Assembly: GCA_028292925.1 (NCBI GenBank)
Contig: JAQGLK010000001.1
Location: forward strand, 4,557 to 68,556
DNA length: 64,000 nt
DNA from: Sphingomonas bacterium
Lineage (GTDB): Bacteria > Pseudomonadota > Alphaproteobacteria > Sphingomonadales > Sphingomonadaceae
Reading direction: 5' to 3'
Shown: piece after piece, positions 16,634 through 24,799 of the stretch
Numbering within the stretch: the stretch's first letter is position 1
Layout of the letters: every line of letters starts with the position of its first letter
Made by a program: the position numbers and the translations under genes
Notes under the pieces: model-generated
Databases searched by the model: none
The model's input: the letters and a program-made list of their open reading frames with translations, nothing else
What the model was told of the DNA's origin: nothing

Positions 16634-17650
16634 TCAGCCTTCGCCCGGCAGGCGGCGGCCGACATCCTGCCACGGCTGGCCGATCAGGCCGGAAAGCCGG
16701 TCGCGCGCCGCCCAGAGCCACGGGATCCGCCGCTCCGCCAGGCCGGGCCGGCTGAGCGGATCGAACCCCACCCACGGCAGGAACGGGCTGCGCCGCCCAT
16801 AGGCCCAGATCTCGACACGGGTGGAGGGGCGGGTCGCCGGCACGCGGGCGTGGAAGCCGAACGTGTCGGCGACGATCAGCGTGTTCGCGGGCACGGCAAA
16901 CCGCCGCGGCTTCGGCAGGCCGAGATCGGGCAGTTCCGCGGCCGAGATCCGGAACGACCCCCGCGCCGAAAGCCGATCCGCCCCCGCCGCGCGCAGGCTC
17001 ATCGCCTGTTCCCAGGCGATCCGTTCCGGAGTCAGGCGGTGCGAGCCGGGGACATAGGCGAACGGCCCGTCCTCCTCCGCCACGTCGGTCAGGAACAACC
17101 AGGCCTTCACGGTCGGGTGGAAGGTATCGGCATGGAACTGGGTTTGCGGATCGGGCGGCCCATCCCGGCGGTGGGCAAGGATCGTCTGGATGTAGACCAG
17201 CGGTTCCGAATCGAAGCTGCCGACGTAGCGGTTCAGCCCGCGCCAGCGCGGATCGGCCAGCAGCCGCCGGGCATCGGGGATCGCGGTCAACGCCTCCGGG
17301 TCGAACGCGATGCGGCGGGTGATGGTATCGCCCTGCACCATCTCACGCGCCGGGCCGCGATAGGCCATCGCCGCATCGCGCAGACGGGCGAAGACGTCCG
17401 GCGCAAGGAAATCGCGTACCTCGACGAAGCCGTCGCGGTCGAACGCGGCGCGGTCCGCCGGATCGATCAGGCGGGCGAGCCGCGCCCGGCGCGACCAAGC
17501 CAGCCGGTGGGCGAGTCGCACGCGGGCGGCGTGGAGGCCACGCGCGTTCAGCGCGGGCGATCCGATCAGGGGATTATCGCGGAACGACTTGGCGCCGGTT
17601 GCCAGCTGAGCGATCCAGATCGGCGCCATGAGGTACCGGGCCGCGCTCAT
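16634..17650 (-). CDS. Phytanoyl-CoA dioxygenase (PhyH) family Fe(II)/2-oxoglutarate-dependent oxygenase
   Basis: FHADTFHP (HxD), WLFLTDVAEEDGPFAYVPGSHRL, and a distal FGFHAR. The track ORF starts at 17707, but the first 19 codons use rare AT-ending codons (AGA AAA GAT GGT CCA). I therefore prefer ATG 17650 (MSAARYLMAPIW), though the start is uncertain. Confidence 0.7.
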   Translation of the reverse strand: MSAARYLMAPIWIAQLATGAKSFRDNPLIGSPALNARGLHAARVRLAHRLAWSRRARLARLIDPADRAAFDRDGFVEVRDFLAPDVFARLRDAAMAYRGPAREMVQGDTITRRIAFDPEALTAIPDARRLLADPRWRGLNRYVGSFDSEPLVYIQTILAHRRDGPPDPQTQFHADTFHPTVKAWLFLTDVAEEDGPFAYVPGSHRLTPERIAWEQAMSLRAAGADRLSARGSFRISAAELPDLGLPKPRRFAVPANTLIVADTFGFHARVPATRPSTRVEIWAYGRRSPFLPWVGFDPLSRPGLAERRIPWLWAARDRLSGLIGQPWQDVGRRLPGEG

Positions 17651-17734
17651 GCCGGTCTGCTGTTGGCGGATTGGACCATCTTTTCTCAACAGCATGGTAC
17701 GCCCCATGCGGCAAGCGCCTGTTTCGCGGACATG

Positions 17735-17764
17735 AAAAAGCCGGGTGGGACATGTCCCACCCGG
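17735..17764 (-). terminator. Rho-independent terminator of the OMP gene
   Basis: Perfect 10-bp stem CCGGGTGGGA / TCCCACCCGG with a 4-nt loop (17741-17764). On the minus strand it is followed by CTTTTT. It sits 21 nt downstream of the stop at 17785. Confidence 0.75.
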
Positions 17765-17784
17765 CCGTTTCTCGATCCGTCAGA

Positions 17785-18357
17785 TCAGAAGGCGAAAACG
17801 ACGCCCGCGGTCGGACGGATGCTGTGGAAGTCATACGAGGTGACTTCGAAGCGCAGGCGCGGGCCGGCCGGACCGGTCAGGCCGCCAAGGCCGATGTCCT
17901 TGGGGCCGACTTCGACGCCCAGGCCATAGGACCAGTTGTCGTCCTTGCCCTTGTCCTTCGTGTCGACCCAGGTGTAGCCGACCTTGGTGTAGAACAGGCC
18001 GCTGTCACCGGCACGGAAGCCGCTGCGGACATGCGCGCCATATTCCCAGTCGATACCCTTGAAGCCCTTGGCGACGTTACCCTCGACGCCGACGAAGACC
18101 GGCCCGAGCGGAACGTTGATGCCGGCCAGGCCTTCCAGGATCCCACCGTCCGGGCAACCCGAACCGCCGTTGCAACGGGTGGTCAGCGGGCCCTGATTGT
18201 CGCTGTCGAAATCGTGGTAACCGCCCATGATGGCGACATACGGCTCGATGCCGAACGCCGGGCTGCCGTCCGGAGCGGCTTCCTGAGCCATCGCGGTGGC
18301 GGGGAGAAAGGCTGCGGCGGCAAGCGCGGCACCGATGATCGTCTTCTTCATATCCAT
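17785..18357 (-). CDS. Small outer-membrane beta-barrel protein (OmpW/opacity/OmpA-beta-barrel-like)
   Basis: Signal peptide MKKTIIGAALAAAAFLPATAMAQ. Alternating aromatic/Gly beta-strand pattern. C-terminal aromatic residue in ...RPTAGVVFAF. Followed by its own terminator. Confidence 0.8.
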   Translation of the reverse strand: MDMKKTIIGAALAAAAFLPATAMAQEAAPDGSPAFGIEPYVAIMGGYHDFDSDNQGPLTTRCNGGSGCPDGGILEGLAGINVPLGPVFVGVEGNVAKGFKGIDWEYGAHVRSGFRAGDSGLFYTKVGYTWVDTKDKGKDDNWSYGLGVEVGPKDIGLGGLTGPAGPRLRFEVTSYDFHSIRPTAGVVFAF

Positions 18358-18600
18358 TTTCCCTTTTAAGCTGACCTACAATCCCGCCCGCGGCGCAGCC
18401 GACCCGACGGGATCAATCGGCTGGACGAGACAAGCGAGGGCGAAAACCACTAAGATCCAATTGTGTTGCGTAGATGGCGACAAAGAACGGATCTGTTGCA
18501 TCTTGGCAACAAAGGCGGCCTTCCTGGGGCCATTCTCGGGCCCGCACCGCGCCTCGCCGCGCAGGGATGCCGGCCGGCGGCTCGCGCATGCGACTGCCGA

Positions 18601-18804
18601 TCAGGAAATGTCGCCGCCCTTGTCGTCACCGAATCCTGCTCGGCGCATCTCGTCCCTGGCCTTTGCATCTGCCGGATCGGCCTGGCGCGGGCTGACGGAA
18701 TCTTCGGGCCGTGGCGCCACCCCGCCCTTCGCCTGGCCGCCCGGGCGGGCGCTGGCGCCTTGGGAGTCGAAGTCGGCGGACGTGTCCTTGGCATCATCCT
18801 GCAC
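18601..18804 (-). CDS. Small hydrophilic, probably disordered protein (67 aa), candidate stress protein
   Basis: GTG 18804 is preceded by AGGAG (18815-18811) with a 6-nt spacer. Third positions are GC-rich. The product MQDDAKDTSADFDSQGASARPGGQAKGG...DDKGGDIS is charged and Gly-rich with no hydrophobic core. The track start (18870) would overlap nadE. Confidence 0.45.
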   Translation of the reverse strand: MQDDAKDTSADFDSQGASARPGGQAKGGVAPRPEDSVSPRQADPADAKARDEMRRAGFGDDKGGDIS

Positions 18805-18833
18805 GTCAATCTCCTGCTCGGTGGGTCCTTCGC

Positions 18834-20897
18834 TTAACCGGGCAGGCCGCGATCGAGTTCCTCCACCCATGCGTTCGCGCGCGAATCCGATGGCGCCCGC
18901 CAGTCGCCGCGCGGTGACAGCGCGCCCCCGGCCGAGACTTTCGGGCCGTTGGGCATCGCGGATCGCTTGAACTGGCTGGTCTGGAAAAAGCGAACGAGGA
19001 ACGATTCCAGCCAGCGACGAATCGTTGCAAGATCATAAGCGTTGCGCGCGCCTTCCGGGAAATCGATCGGCCAGCTGCCCGCCGCCGCGTCGCGCCATGC
19101 ATGCCACGCCAGGAACGCCACCTTCGACGGCGGCAGCCCGTAGCGCAGCGTGTAATACAGGAAGAAGTCGTTCAGCTCGTACGGGCCGATCTTGTCCTGC
19201 GTGCTCTGCATCTCGCCCGTTTCATCGGCGGGGACGAGCTCGGGCGAGATCTCGGTGTTCAGGATCGCGGTCAGGATCGCGCCGGTGGCCTCGTCGAACT
19301 GCCCGGTCTTCACCGTCCAGCGGATGAGATATTGCATCAGCGTCTTCGGCACGCCCGAATTGACGCCGTAATGGCTCATCTGATCGCCGACGCCGTAGGT
19401 ACACCAGCCGAGCGCGAGTTCGGAAAGATCGCCCGTGCCGATCACGAAACCGCCGCGCTGGTTGGCCAGGCGGAACAGGTAATCGGTGCGCAGCCCCGCC
19501 TGCACGTTTTCGAACGCGATGTCGTACACCGGCTCGCCGCGCCCGAACGGATGGCCCATGTCGCTGAGCATCTGGCGGGCGGCGGGGCGGATGTCGATCT
19601 CCTCCGCGGTGATCCCGATGGCCCGCATCAGCGCCCAGGCATTCGATCTGGTGCCCTCGCTCGTCGCGAAGCCGGGCATGGTGAAGCCCAGGATCGTCGA
19701 TCGCGGCAGGCCAAGCCGGTCGCATGCCTTGGCCGCGACGATCAGGGCGTGGGTGGAATCGAGCCCGCCGGAGACGCCGATCACCATCGTCTTCGCCCCT
19801 GTCGAGGTGAAGCGCTTGGTCAGCGCGTGGACCTGGATGTTGAACGCTTCGTAGCAATCCTGATCGAGCTGGTCGGGCCGGTTGGGCACGTAGGGGAAGC
19901 GCCGCACCGATCGCTTGAGCCCCGCATCGCGGCCGTGCGGCCGGTGATCGAAGCCGATCCGGCGGAACCGCGTCTCCGGGTGGCCGGCGATGGTTGCGGC
20001 GTCGTTGAACGTCGGCGTGCGCATCCGCTCCAGCCGGATCTTCTCGACATCGACGTCGACCGTGCAGAGCTGCGCTTCGTCCGCGAACCGTTCCGATCCG
20101 ATCAGCTGGTCGCCCAGTTCGTGAACCATGCCCTGCCCGTCCCACGACAGGTCCGTCGTGCTTTCTCCCGGCCCGGCGGCGGAATAGACGTAGGCGGCGA
20201 TCGCCCGCGCGGATTGCGACGCGCACAGCATCGCGCGCTCCGCCGCCTTGCCGACGACGATGTTCGATGCCGAAAGGTTGCACAGAATCAGTGCCCCGGC
20301 GAGCGCCCCTTCCGTCGATGGCGGGATCGGCGACCAGTAATCCTCGCAGATTTCGATGTGGAAGATGAAGTCGGGCAGATCCTCTGCGGCGAACAGCAGG
20401 TCGATGCCGAACGGCACCCGTTGCCCGCACAGATCGATTTCCATCCCGCGCATCTGGGCGCCGGACGCGAACCAGCGTTTCTCGTAATATTCGCGGTAGT
20501 TCGGCAGGAACAGCTTGGGCACCACGCCCAGGATGCGCCCGCGCGATATGGCGACGGCGCAATTGTACAGCCGCCCGTTGCGGCGGATCGGCGCGCCGAC
20601 GAGCAGGACGGGGGCGAGAGACGCGCTGGCCTCCACCACCCGGCCAAGGGCGGCGACGACGCCATCGAGCAGCGCGTCCTGCAGGTGAAGATCGTCGATC
20701 GCGTAGGAGGAGATGCCGAGTTCGGGATAGACGATCAGGTCCACCCCGTCCGCATCGCCCTGCCGGGCCAGCGCGATCGTCGCGGCGGCATTGGTCAGCG
20801 GATCGGCGGTGGCGACGATCGGGGTTGCCGCGGCGACGCGCACGAAGCCGTGATTGTGGAAGGCGGCGAAACCGCCCCGATCGATGCTGTCCGTCAT
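18834..20897 (-). CDS. nadE: Glutamine-dependent NAD+ synthetase (N-terminal CN-hydrolase domain plus NAD synthetase domain)
   Basis: PP-loop VIGVSGGLDSTHALIVAA. Nitrilase-type N-domain: VRVAAATPIVATADPLTNA, IEICEDYWSP. About 690 aa, the large NadE type. Start is either ATG 20897 (MTDSIDRGGF) or ATG 20927. Confidence 0.9.
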   Translation of the reverse strand: MTDSIDRGGFAAFHNHGFVRVAAATPIVATADPLTNAAATIALARQGDADGVDLIVYPELGISSYAIDDLHLQDALLDGVVAALGRVVEASASLAPVLLVGAPIRRNGRLYNCAVAISRGRILGVVPKLFLPNYREYYEKRWFASGAQMRGMEIDLCGQRVPFGIDLLFAAEDLPDFIFHIEICEDYWSPIPPSTEGALAGALILCNLSASNIVVGKAAERAMLCASQSARAIAAYVYSAAGPGESTTDLSWDGQGMVHELGDQLIGSERFADEAQLCTVDVDVEKIRLERMRTPTFNDAATIAGHPETRFRRIGFDHRPHGRDAGLKRSVRRFPYVPNRPDQLDQDCYEAFNIQVHALTKRFTSTGAKTMVIGVSGGLDSTHALIVAAKACDRLGLPRSTILGFTMPGFATSEGTRSNAWALMRAIGITAEEIDIRPAARQMLSDMGHPFGRGEPVYDIAFENVQAGLRTDYLFRLANQRGGFVIGTGDLSELALGWCTYGVGDQMSHYGVNSGVPKTLMQYLIRWTVKTGQFDEATGAILTAILNTEISPELVPADETGEMQSTQDKIGPYELNDFFLYYTLRYGLPPSKVAFLAWHAWRDAAAGSWPIDFPEGARNAYDLATIRRWLESFLVRFFQTSQFKRSAMPNGPKVSAGGALSPRGDWRAPSDSRANAWVEELDRGLPG
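18836..18861 (-). promoter_or_regulatory. Candidate EcfG-type (general stress sigma) promoter, GGAAC-N17-GGTT
   Basis: The minus strand reads GGAAC (18861-18857), a 17-nt spacer, then GGTT (18839-18836). It lies inside the last codons of nadE, about 30 nt upstream of the small ORF start. Confidence 0.3.
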
Positions 20898-21022
20898 TCG
20901 TCGCCTGTCCTGCCTGTGCGCATCCACGAACGCGCCTGTTCATGGTCGGTTGCCAGCGGCCGCCTTGCCGTGGGATGCAGCGGCACGCGCCGCCGTTAAT
21001 GCGGGCTAAGCCAGGAGCCGGG

Positions 21023-22195
21023 ATGCAGCAACCGCCGGAACGCACCTTCGGCGCCTACAACATCGCCGATCTTCGGACGCGCGCGCGATCCCGGCTGCCG
21101 CGCGGCATCTACGACTATGTCGAGCGCGGCGCCGAGGATGAGATCGGGCTGGCGGCGAACCGCGCCGCCGCCTCCCTCCCCAAGCTGCTGCCGCGGATAG
21201 GGCGGGACGTTTCGCGGATCGACACGCGCACCACCCTGTTCGGGCACGAGATCGCGATGCCGATGGCGATCGCGCCGACGGGGGGCGCGGGCCTGGTCTG
21301 GCACGATGGCGACGTGGCGATCGCCCGGGCGGCCGCCGCGGCGGGAATTCCCTTTACCGCCTCCAGCGCGGCGACGATGAACATCGAGGAGATCGCCGCG
21401 GCCGGGGGGCGGCAGTGGTTCCAGCTGTATCTGTGGGCCGATCGCGCGCTTTCGCACGCGGCGATCGATCGGGCCTGGGCCGCGGGGTGCGAGGTGCTGA
21501 TGGTCACCGTGGACATAGCGGTGCCACCCAACCGCGAATATAATCTGCGCAATGGCTTCGGCACGCCGTTCCGGATCGGCCGCAGGAACGCGATCGACAT
21601 CCTGTCCCACCCGCGCTGGCTGGCGGGGGTGATGGGGCGCTATGCCGTGGGCGGGGGCATGCCGCGGCAGGCGAACCTGCCCGGCGGACTGCGCAGCGCC
21701 GTCACCGCGCCGGCCCCGATCGGCGCCGCGTTCAAGGGTGACAACCTGACGTGGGAGGAAATTGCGGAGCTGCGTTCCCGCTGGAAGGGCATCTTCGTCC
21801 TGAAGGGCGTGCTGCGGACAGAGGATGCCGCGCGCGCAATCGATCTGGGGGCGGACGGGGTGGTCGTATCGAATCATGGCGGGCGCAGCCTGGATGGCGC
21901 GCTGCCCTCCTTCGCCGCGCTGCCGCGCATTGCCGACGCGATCGGCCACCGCGCCACGGTGCTGGTCGATGGCGGGGTGATGCGCGGCGAGCAGGTGGTG
22001 CGTGCGCTGGCTCTCGGCGCCAAGGCGGCGCTGGTCGGCCGCGCGCCGCTCTACGGCCTCGCGATCGGCGGCGAGGCGGGGGTGATCCGGGCACTCGCCC
22101 TTCTCGCGCAGGAGTTCCGGCGGACGATGGCCCTCGCCGGCTGCCGGAACGTCGCCGAAATCGACGGTGGCCTGCTGGCGGAGGCGGGCCTGTGA
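21023..22195 (+). CDS. FMN-dependent alpha-hydroxy acid dehydrogenase/oxidase (L-lactate dehydrogenase LldD-like)
   Basis: YNIADLRTRARSRLPRGIYDYVERGAEDE, WFQLYLW, VTVDIAVPPNRE, VLKGVLRTEDA, VVSNHGGRSLDG, VDGGVMRGEQV. ATG 21023 is preceded by AGGAG. Confidence 0.85.
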   Translation: MQQPPERTFGAYNIADLRTRARSRLPRGIYDYVERGAEDEIGLAANRAAASLPKLLPRIGRDVSRIDTRTTLFGHEIAMPMAIAPTGGAGLVWHDGDVAIARAAAAAGIPFTASSAATMNIEEIAAAGGRQWFQLYLWADRALSHAAIDRAWAAGCEVLMVTVDIAVPPNREYNLRNGFGTPFRIGRRNAIDILSHPRWLAGVMGRYAVGGGMPRQANLPGGLRSAVTAPAPIGAAFKGDNLTWEEIAELRSRWKGIFVLKGVLRTEDAARAIDLGADGVVVSNHGGRSLDGALPSFAALPRIADAIGHRATVLVDGGVMRGEQVVRALALGAKAALVGRAPLYGLAIGGEAGVIRALALLAQEFRRTMALAGCRNVAEIDGGLLAEAGL

Positions 22196-22893
22196 TCCGC
22201 CCCGCGCTCCTGCTCCTGCTCGTGGCCGCGCCTGCCGCGCCGGCCGCGGCGGCGACGCGGACGTACAGCGTGACGAGCTTCGACAAGGTGCGGGTCGAGG
22301 GGCCCTATTCCGTGACGCTGAAGGTCGGCCCGGGCGGAACGGCGGTGGCTACCGGGGATGTCCGCGCGATCGACCGATTGTCGGTGGAGGTGAACAACCG
22401 CGTGTTGATCGTGCGCACCAGCCAGTCGGCCTGGGGCGGATGGTCGGCGGAGAATGCGGGCACGCTCGTCCTCTCGGTCACCACCCCCAACCTTGTCGCC
22501 GCAACGGTCGCGGGTTCGGGGTCGATCGCGATCGACCGGGCCAAGGCGCAGCGTTTCGATCTGGCGGTCGCCGGTTCGGGATCTGCCCGGATCGCCGCGC
22601 TGGAGGCGGATCGCGCGATTCTGTCGCTGGTCGGTGCGGGATCGATCGACGTCGCGGGTAAGGCATCGCAGGTCCGCGCCACGCTGCAGGGCAGCGGCAC
22701 GATCGATGCAGCCAGGCTCGCCGCGGACGATCTGGAACTGGGCGCGAGCGGATCGGGCGGCGCCCGTTTCGCCGCCCGCCGCGCGGCCAGGGTCTCGGCC
22801 AGCGGATCGGGCGTGGTGACCGTCACCGGCAACCCCGCCTGCACCGTGGCCACGGCCGGATCGGGCGTGGTGCGCTGCGGCCGCGGCGACTAG
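22192..22893 (+). CDS. DUF2807 / head-GIN-domain (putative auto-transporter adhesin head) secreted protein
   Basis: Signal peptide IRPALLLLLVAAPAAPAAAA, then repeated GSGS-I/V beta-solenoid-like units (VAGSGSIAI, VAGSGSARI, VGAGSIDV, LQGSGTIDA, ASGSGGARF, ASGSGVVTV). The GTG start overlaps the upstream stop (GTGA). Confidence 0.7.
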   Translation: MIRPALLLLLVAAPAAPAAAATRTYSVTSFDKVRVEGPYSVTLKVGPGGTAVATGDVRAIDRLSVEVNNRVLIVRTSQSAWGGWSAENAGTLVLSVTTPNLVAATVAGSGSIAIDRAKAQRFDLAVAGSGSARIAALEADRAILSLVGAGSIDVAGKASQVRATLQGSGTIDAARLAADDLELGASGSGGARFAARRAARVSASGSGVVTVTGNPACTVATAGSGVVRCGRGD

Positions 22894-23762
22894 CGCGTCG
22901 GCACCGGCTCCGGCCCGGAATAATCGTAGAAACCGCGCTTGGTCTTGCGCCCCAGCCACCCGGCCTCGACATATTTTACCAGCAGCGGGGCGGGGCGGAA
23001 CTTGGGATCTCCCGTGCCCTGATGCAGCACGCGGGCGATCTCCAGGCAGGTATCCAGCCCGATGAAGTCCGCCAGCGTCAGCGGCCCCATCGGATGATTG
23101 AGCCCCAGCTTCACCGCGGTGTCGATGTCGCGCACGTTCGCCACCCCTTCGCCGAGCGCGAAGCACGCCTCGTTGATCATCGGCAGCAGGATGCGGTTGA
23201 CGATGAATCCCGGCGCGTCGTTGGCGTGAACCACCGCCTTGCCAAGCGCGCGCGCAAAGGCCTCGACGGCGGCGACGGTGGCGTCCGACGTGGCGAGGCC
23301 GCGGATCAGCTCCACCAGCCCCATCACCGGCACCGGATTGAAGAAGTGGACGCCCACGAACCTTTGGGGATCGGGGGAGCCCTGCGCCAGCCGGGTGATC
23401 GGGATCGACGAGGTGTTCGACGCCAGGATCGCCTGCGGCCCCAGCACCTTGCCGACATCGGCGAAGATTGCGCGCTTGATGTCCTCACGCTCGGTCGCCG
23501 CCTCGATCACGATCGCCGCTTCGGCCATCGCCTCCAGCGAGCCGACCGGATCGATCAGCGCGATCGCCGCGTCGCGATCGGCGGCGGACAGCTTCTCCTT
23601 CTCGACCAGCCGGCCGAGTGCCTTGGCGACGCCGTCGCGGCCCCTGGCCGCCGCGTCGACCGATACGTCGGACAGCAGCACGCGGTAGCCCGCCTGCGCG
23701 GAGACCTGCGCGATCCCCGCACCCATCTGCCCCGCACCGATGACGCCGATGATCCCGTTCAT
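22890..23762 (-). CDS. hbd: 3-hydroxybutyryl-CoA / 3-hydroxyacyl-CoA dehydrogenase
   Basis: NAD-binding motif IGVIGAGQMGAGIAQV. Also ASNTSSIPIT, HFFNPVPVMGLVELI, PGFIVNRILLPMINEA, HPMGPLTLADFIGLD. GGGAGA lies upstream of ATG 23762. Confidence 0.9.
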   Translation of the reverse strand: MNGIIGVIGAGQMGAGIAQVSAQAGYRVLLSDVSVDAAARGRDGVAKALGRLVEKEKLSAADRDAAIALIDPVGSLEAMAEAAIVIEAATEREDIKRAIFADVGKVLGPQAILASNTSSIPITRLAQGSPDPQRFVGVHFFNPVPVMGLVELIRGLATSDATVAAVEAFARALGKAVVHANDAPGFIVNRILLPMINEACFALGEGVANVRDIDTAVKLGLNHPMGPLTLADFIGLDTCLEIARVLHQGTGDPKFRPAPLLVKYVEAGWLGRKTKRGFYDYSGPEPVPTR

Positions 23763-23824
23763 GCCTGTCTCCCGTAATCTCCTCCCCCTAGCAGCAAGCG
23801 GGGCCGAAGCGGGAGGGGGTGCGA

Positions 23825-24799
23825 TCAGGGTGCCGTGCCGGCGGGGCGGGCCTCGGCCAGGATCAACGCGAAGCGATCCTCGGCATCGGTCCACTCGGCA
23901 ATCGGCGTCCACGCCCCGGCACGGAGCAGCAGGCGGGCATCGCGTGGCCCGTATTTGTGGCTGTTTTCGGTATGGATGGTCTCGCCGGCGGTCATCGCGA
24001 ACCCCTCCCCGTCCACGGTGAAGGCGATGTCGCGCGTCGCCGCCAGGTGCATCTCGATACGCGCGTCCGCATCGTTCCAGATCGCGCGGTGGCGGAATGC
24101 GTCGATCGGCATGTCGCCGCCAAGCTCCCGGTTGATGCGGGTGAGCAGGTTCAGGTTGAACCGTGCCGTCACCCCCGCTGCATCGTCATAGGCGGGGATC
24201 AGCACGTCCGTACTCTTGATCCGGTCTATCCCGATCAGCAGCATCGCGCCTTCGCCCAGCGTCTCGACCATCGCGCGCAGCAGGTTGACGGCGGTACGGG
24301 GCACCATGTTGCCGATCGTCGATCCCGGAAAGAAGCCGAGCTTCGGCAGCCGGGCGATCCCTTCCGGCGGATCTATCGGGTGCATGAAATCCGCCTCGAT
24401 CGGCTGGATAGGCAGCTTGGGGAAATCCGCTGCCAGTGCAGCCGCAGAGGCGCGCAGGAAATCCCCCGAAATGTCGATCGGCACATAGGCGGAGGGATCG
24501 ACCGCGGCGAGAAGATGCGGCGTCTTGGCCGACGATCCCGATCCGAACTCGACCACGGCGCGGCCGCGGCCGACCAGCGCCGCCACCGCGTCGCAATGCG
24601 CCGCCAGCAGGGCGGTTTCGACCCGCGTCGGGTAATATTCGGGCAGGTCGGTGATCGCCTCGAACAGCGCCGATCCCTTGCGATCGTAGAGCCACCGCGC
24701 CGGAATGGCGCGGGGCCGCGCCGCCAGCCCGGCCAGCACGTCAATCCGGAAGGCGGGGTCCGGGTCGATGTGGGCGGGGGGAGCGACGAGCATTGTCAC
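23825..24799 (-). CDS. egtD: L-histidine N(alpha)-methyltransferase (ergothioneine biosynthesis)
   Basis: IPARWLYDRKGSALFEAITDLPEYYPTR, VVEFGSGSSAKT, YVPIDISGDFL, FFPGSTIGN, LIGIDRIK, AYDDAAGVTARFNLNLL and ETIHTENSHKY are EgtD hallmarks. The GTG start overlaps the egtB stop. Confidence 0.85.
   Translation of the reverse strand: MTMLVAPPAHIDPDPAFRIDVLAGLAARPRAIPARWLYDRKGSALFEAITDLPEYYPTRVETALLAAHCDAVAALVGRGRAVVEFGSGSSAKTPHLLAAVDPSAYVPIDISGDFLRASAAALAADFPKLPIQPIEADFMHPIDPPEGIARLPKLGFFPGSTIGNMVPRTAVNLLRAMVETLGEGAMLLIGIDRIKSTDVLIPAYDDAAGVTARFNLNLLTRINRELGGDMPIDAFRHRAIWNDADARIEMHLAATRDIAFTVDGEGFAMTAGETIHTENSHKYGPRDARLLLRAGAWTPIAEWTDAEDRFALILAEARPAGTAP

Noticed and set aside
19101-21045. Long ORFs (632 aa on plus, 607 aa on minus) overlapping nadE.
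   Set aside because: Only the 18834-20927 frame contains the PP-loop SGGLDS and CN-hydrolase motifs. The others are compositional artefacts.
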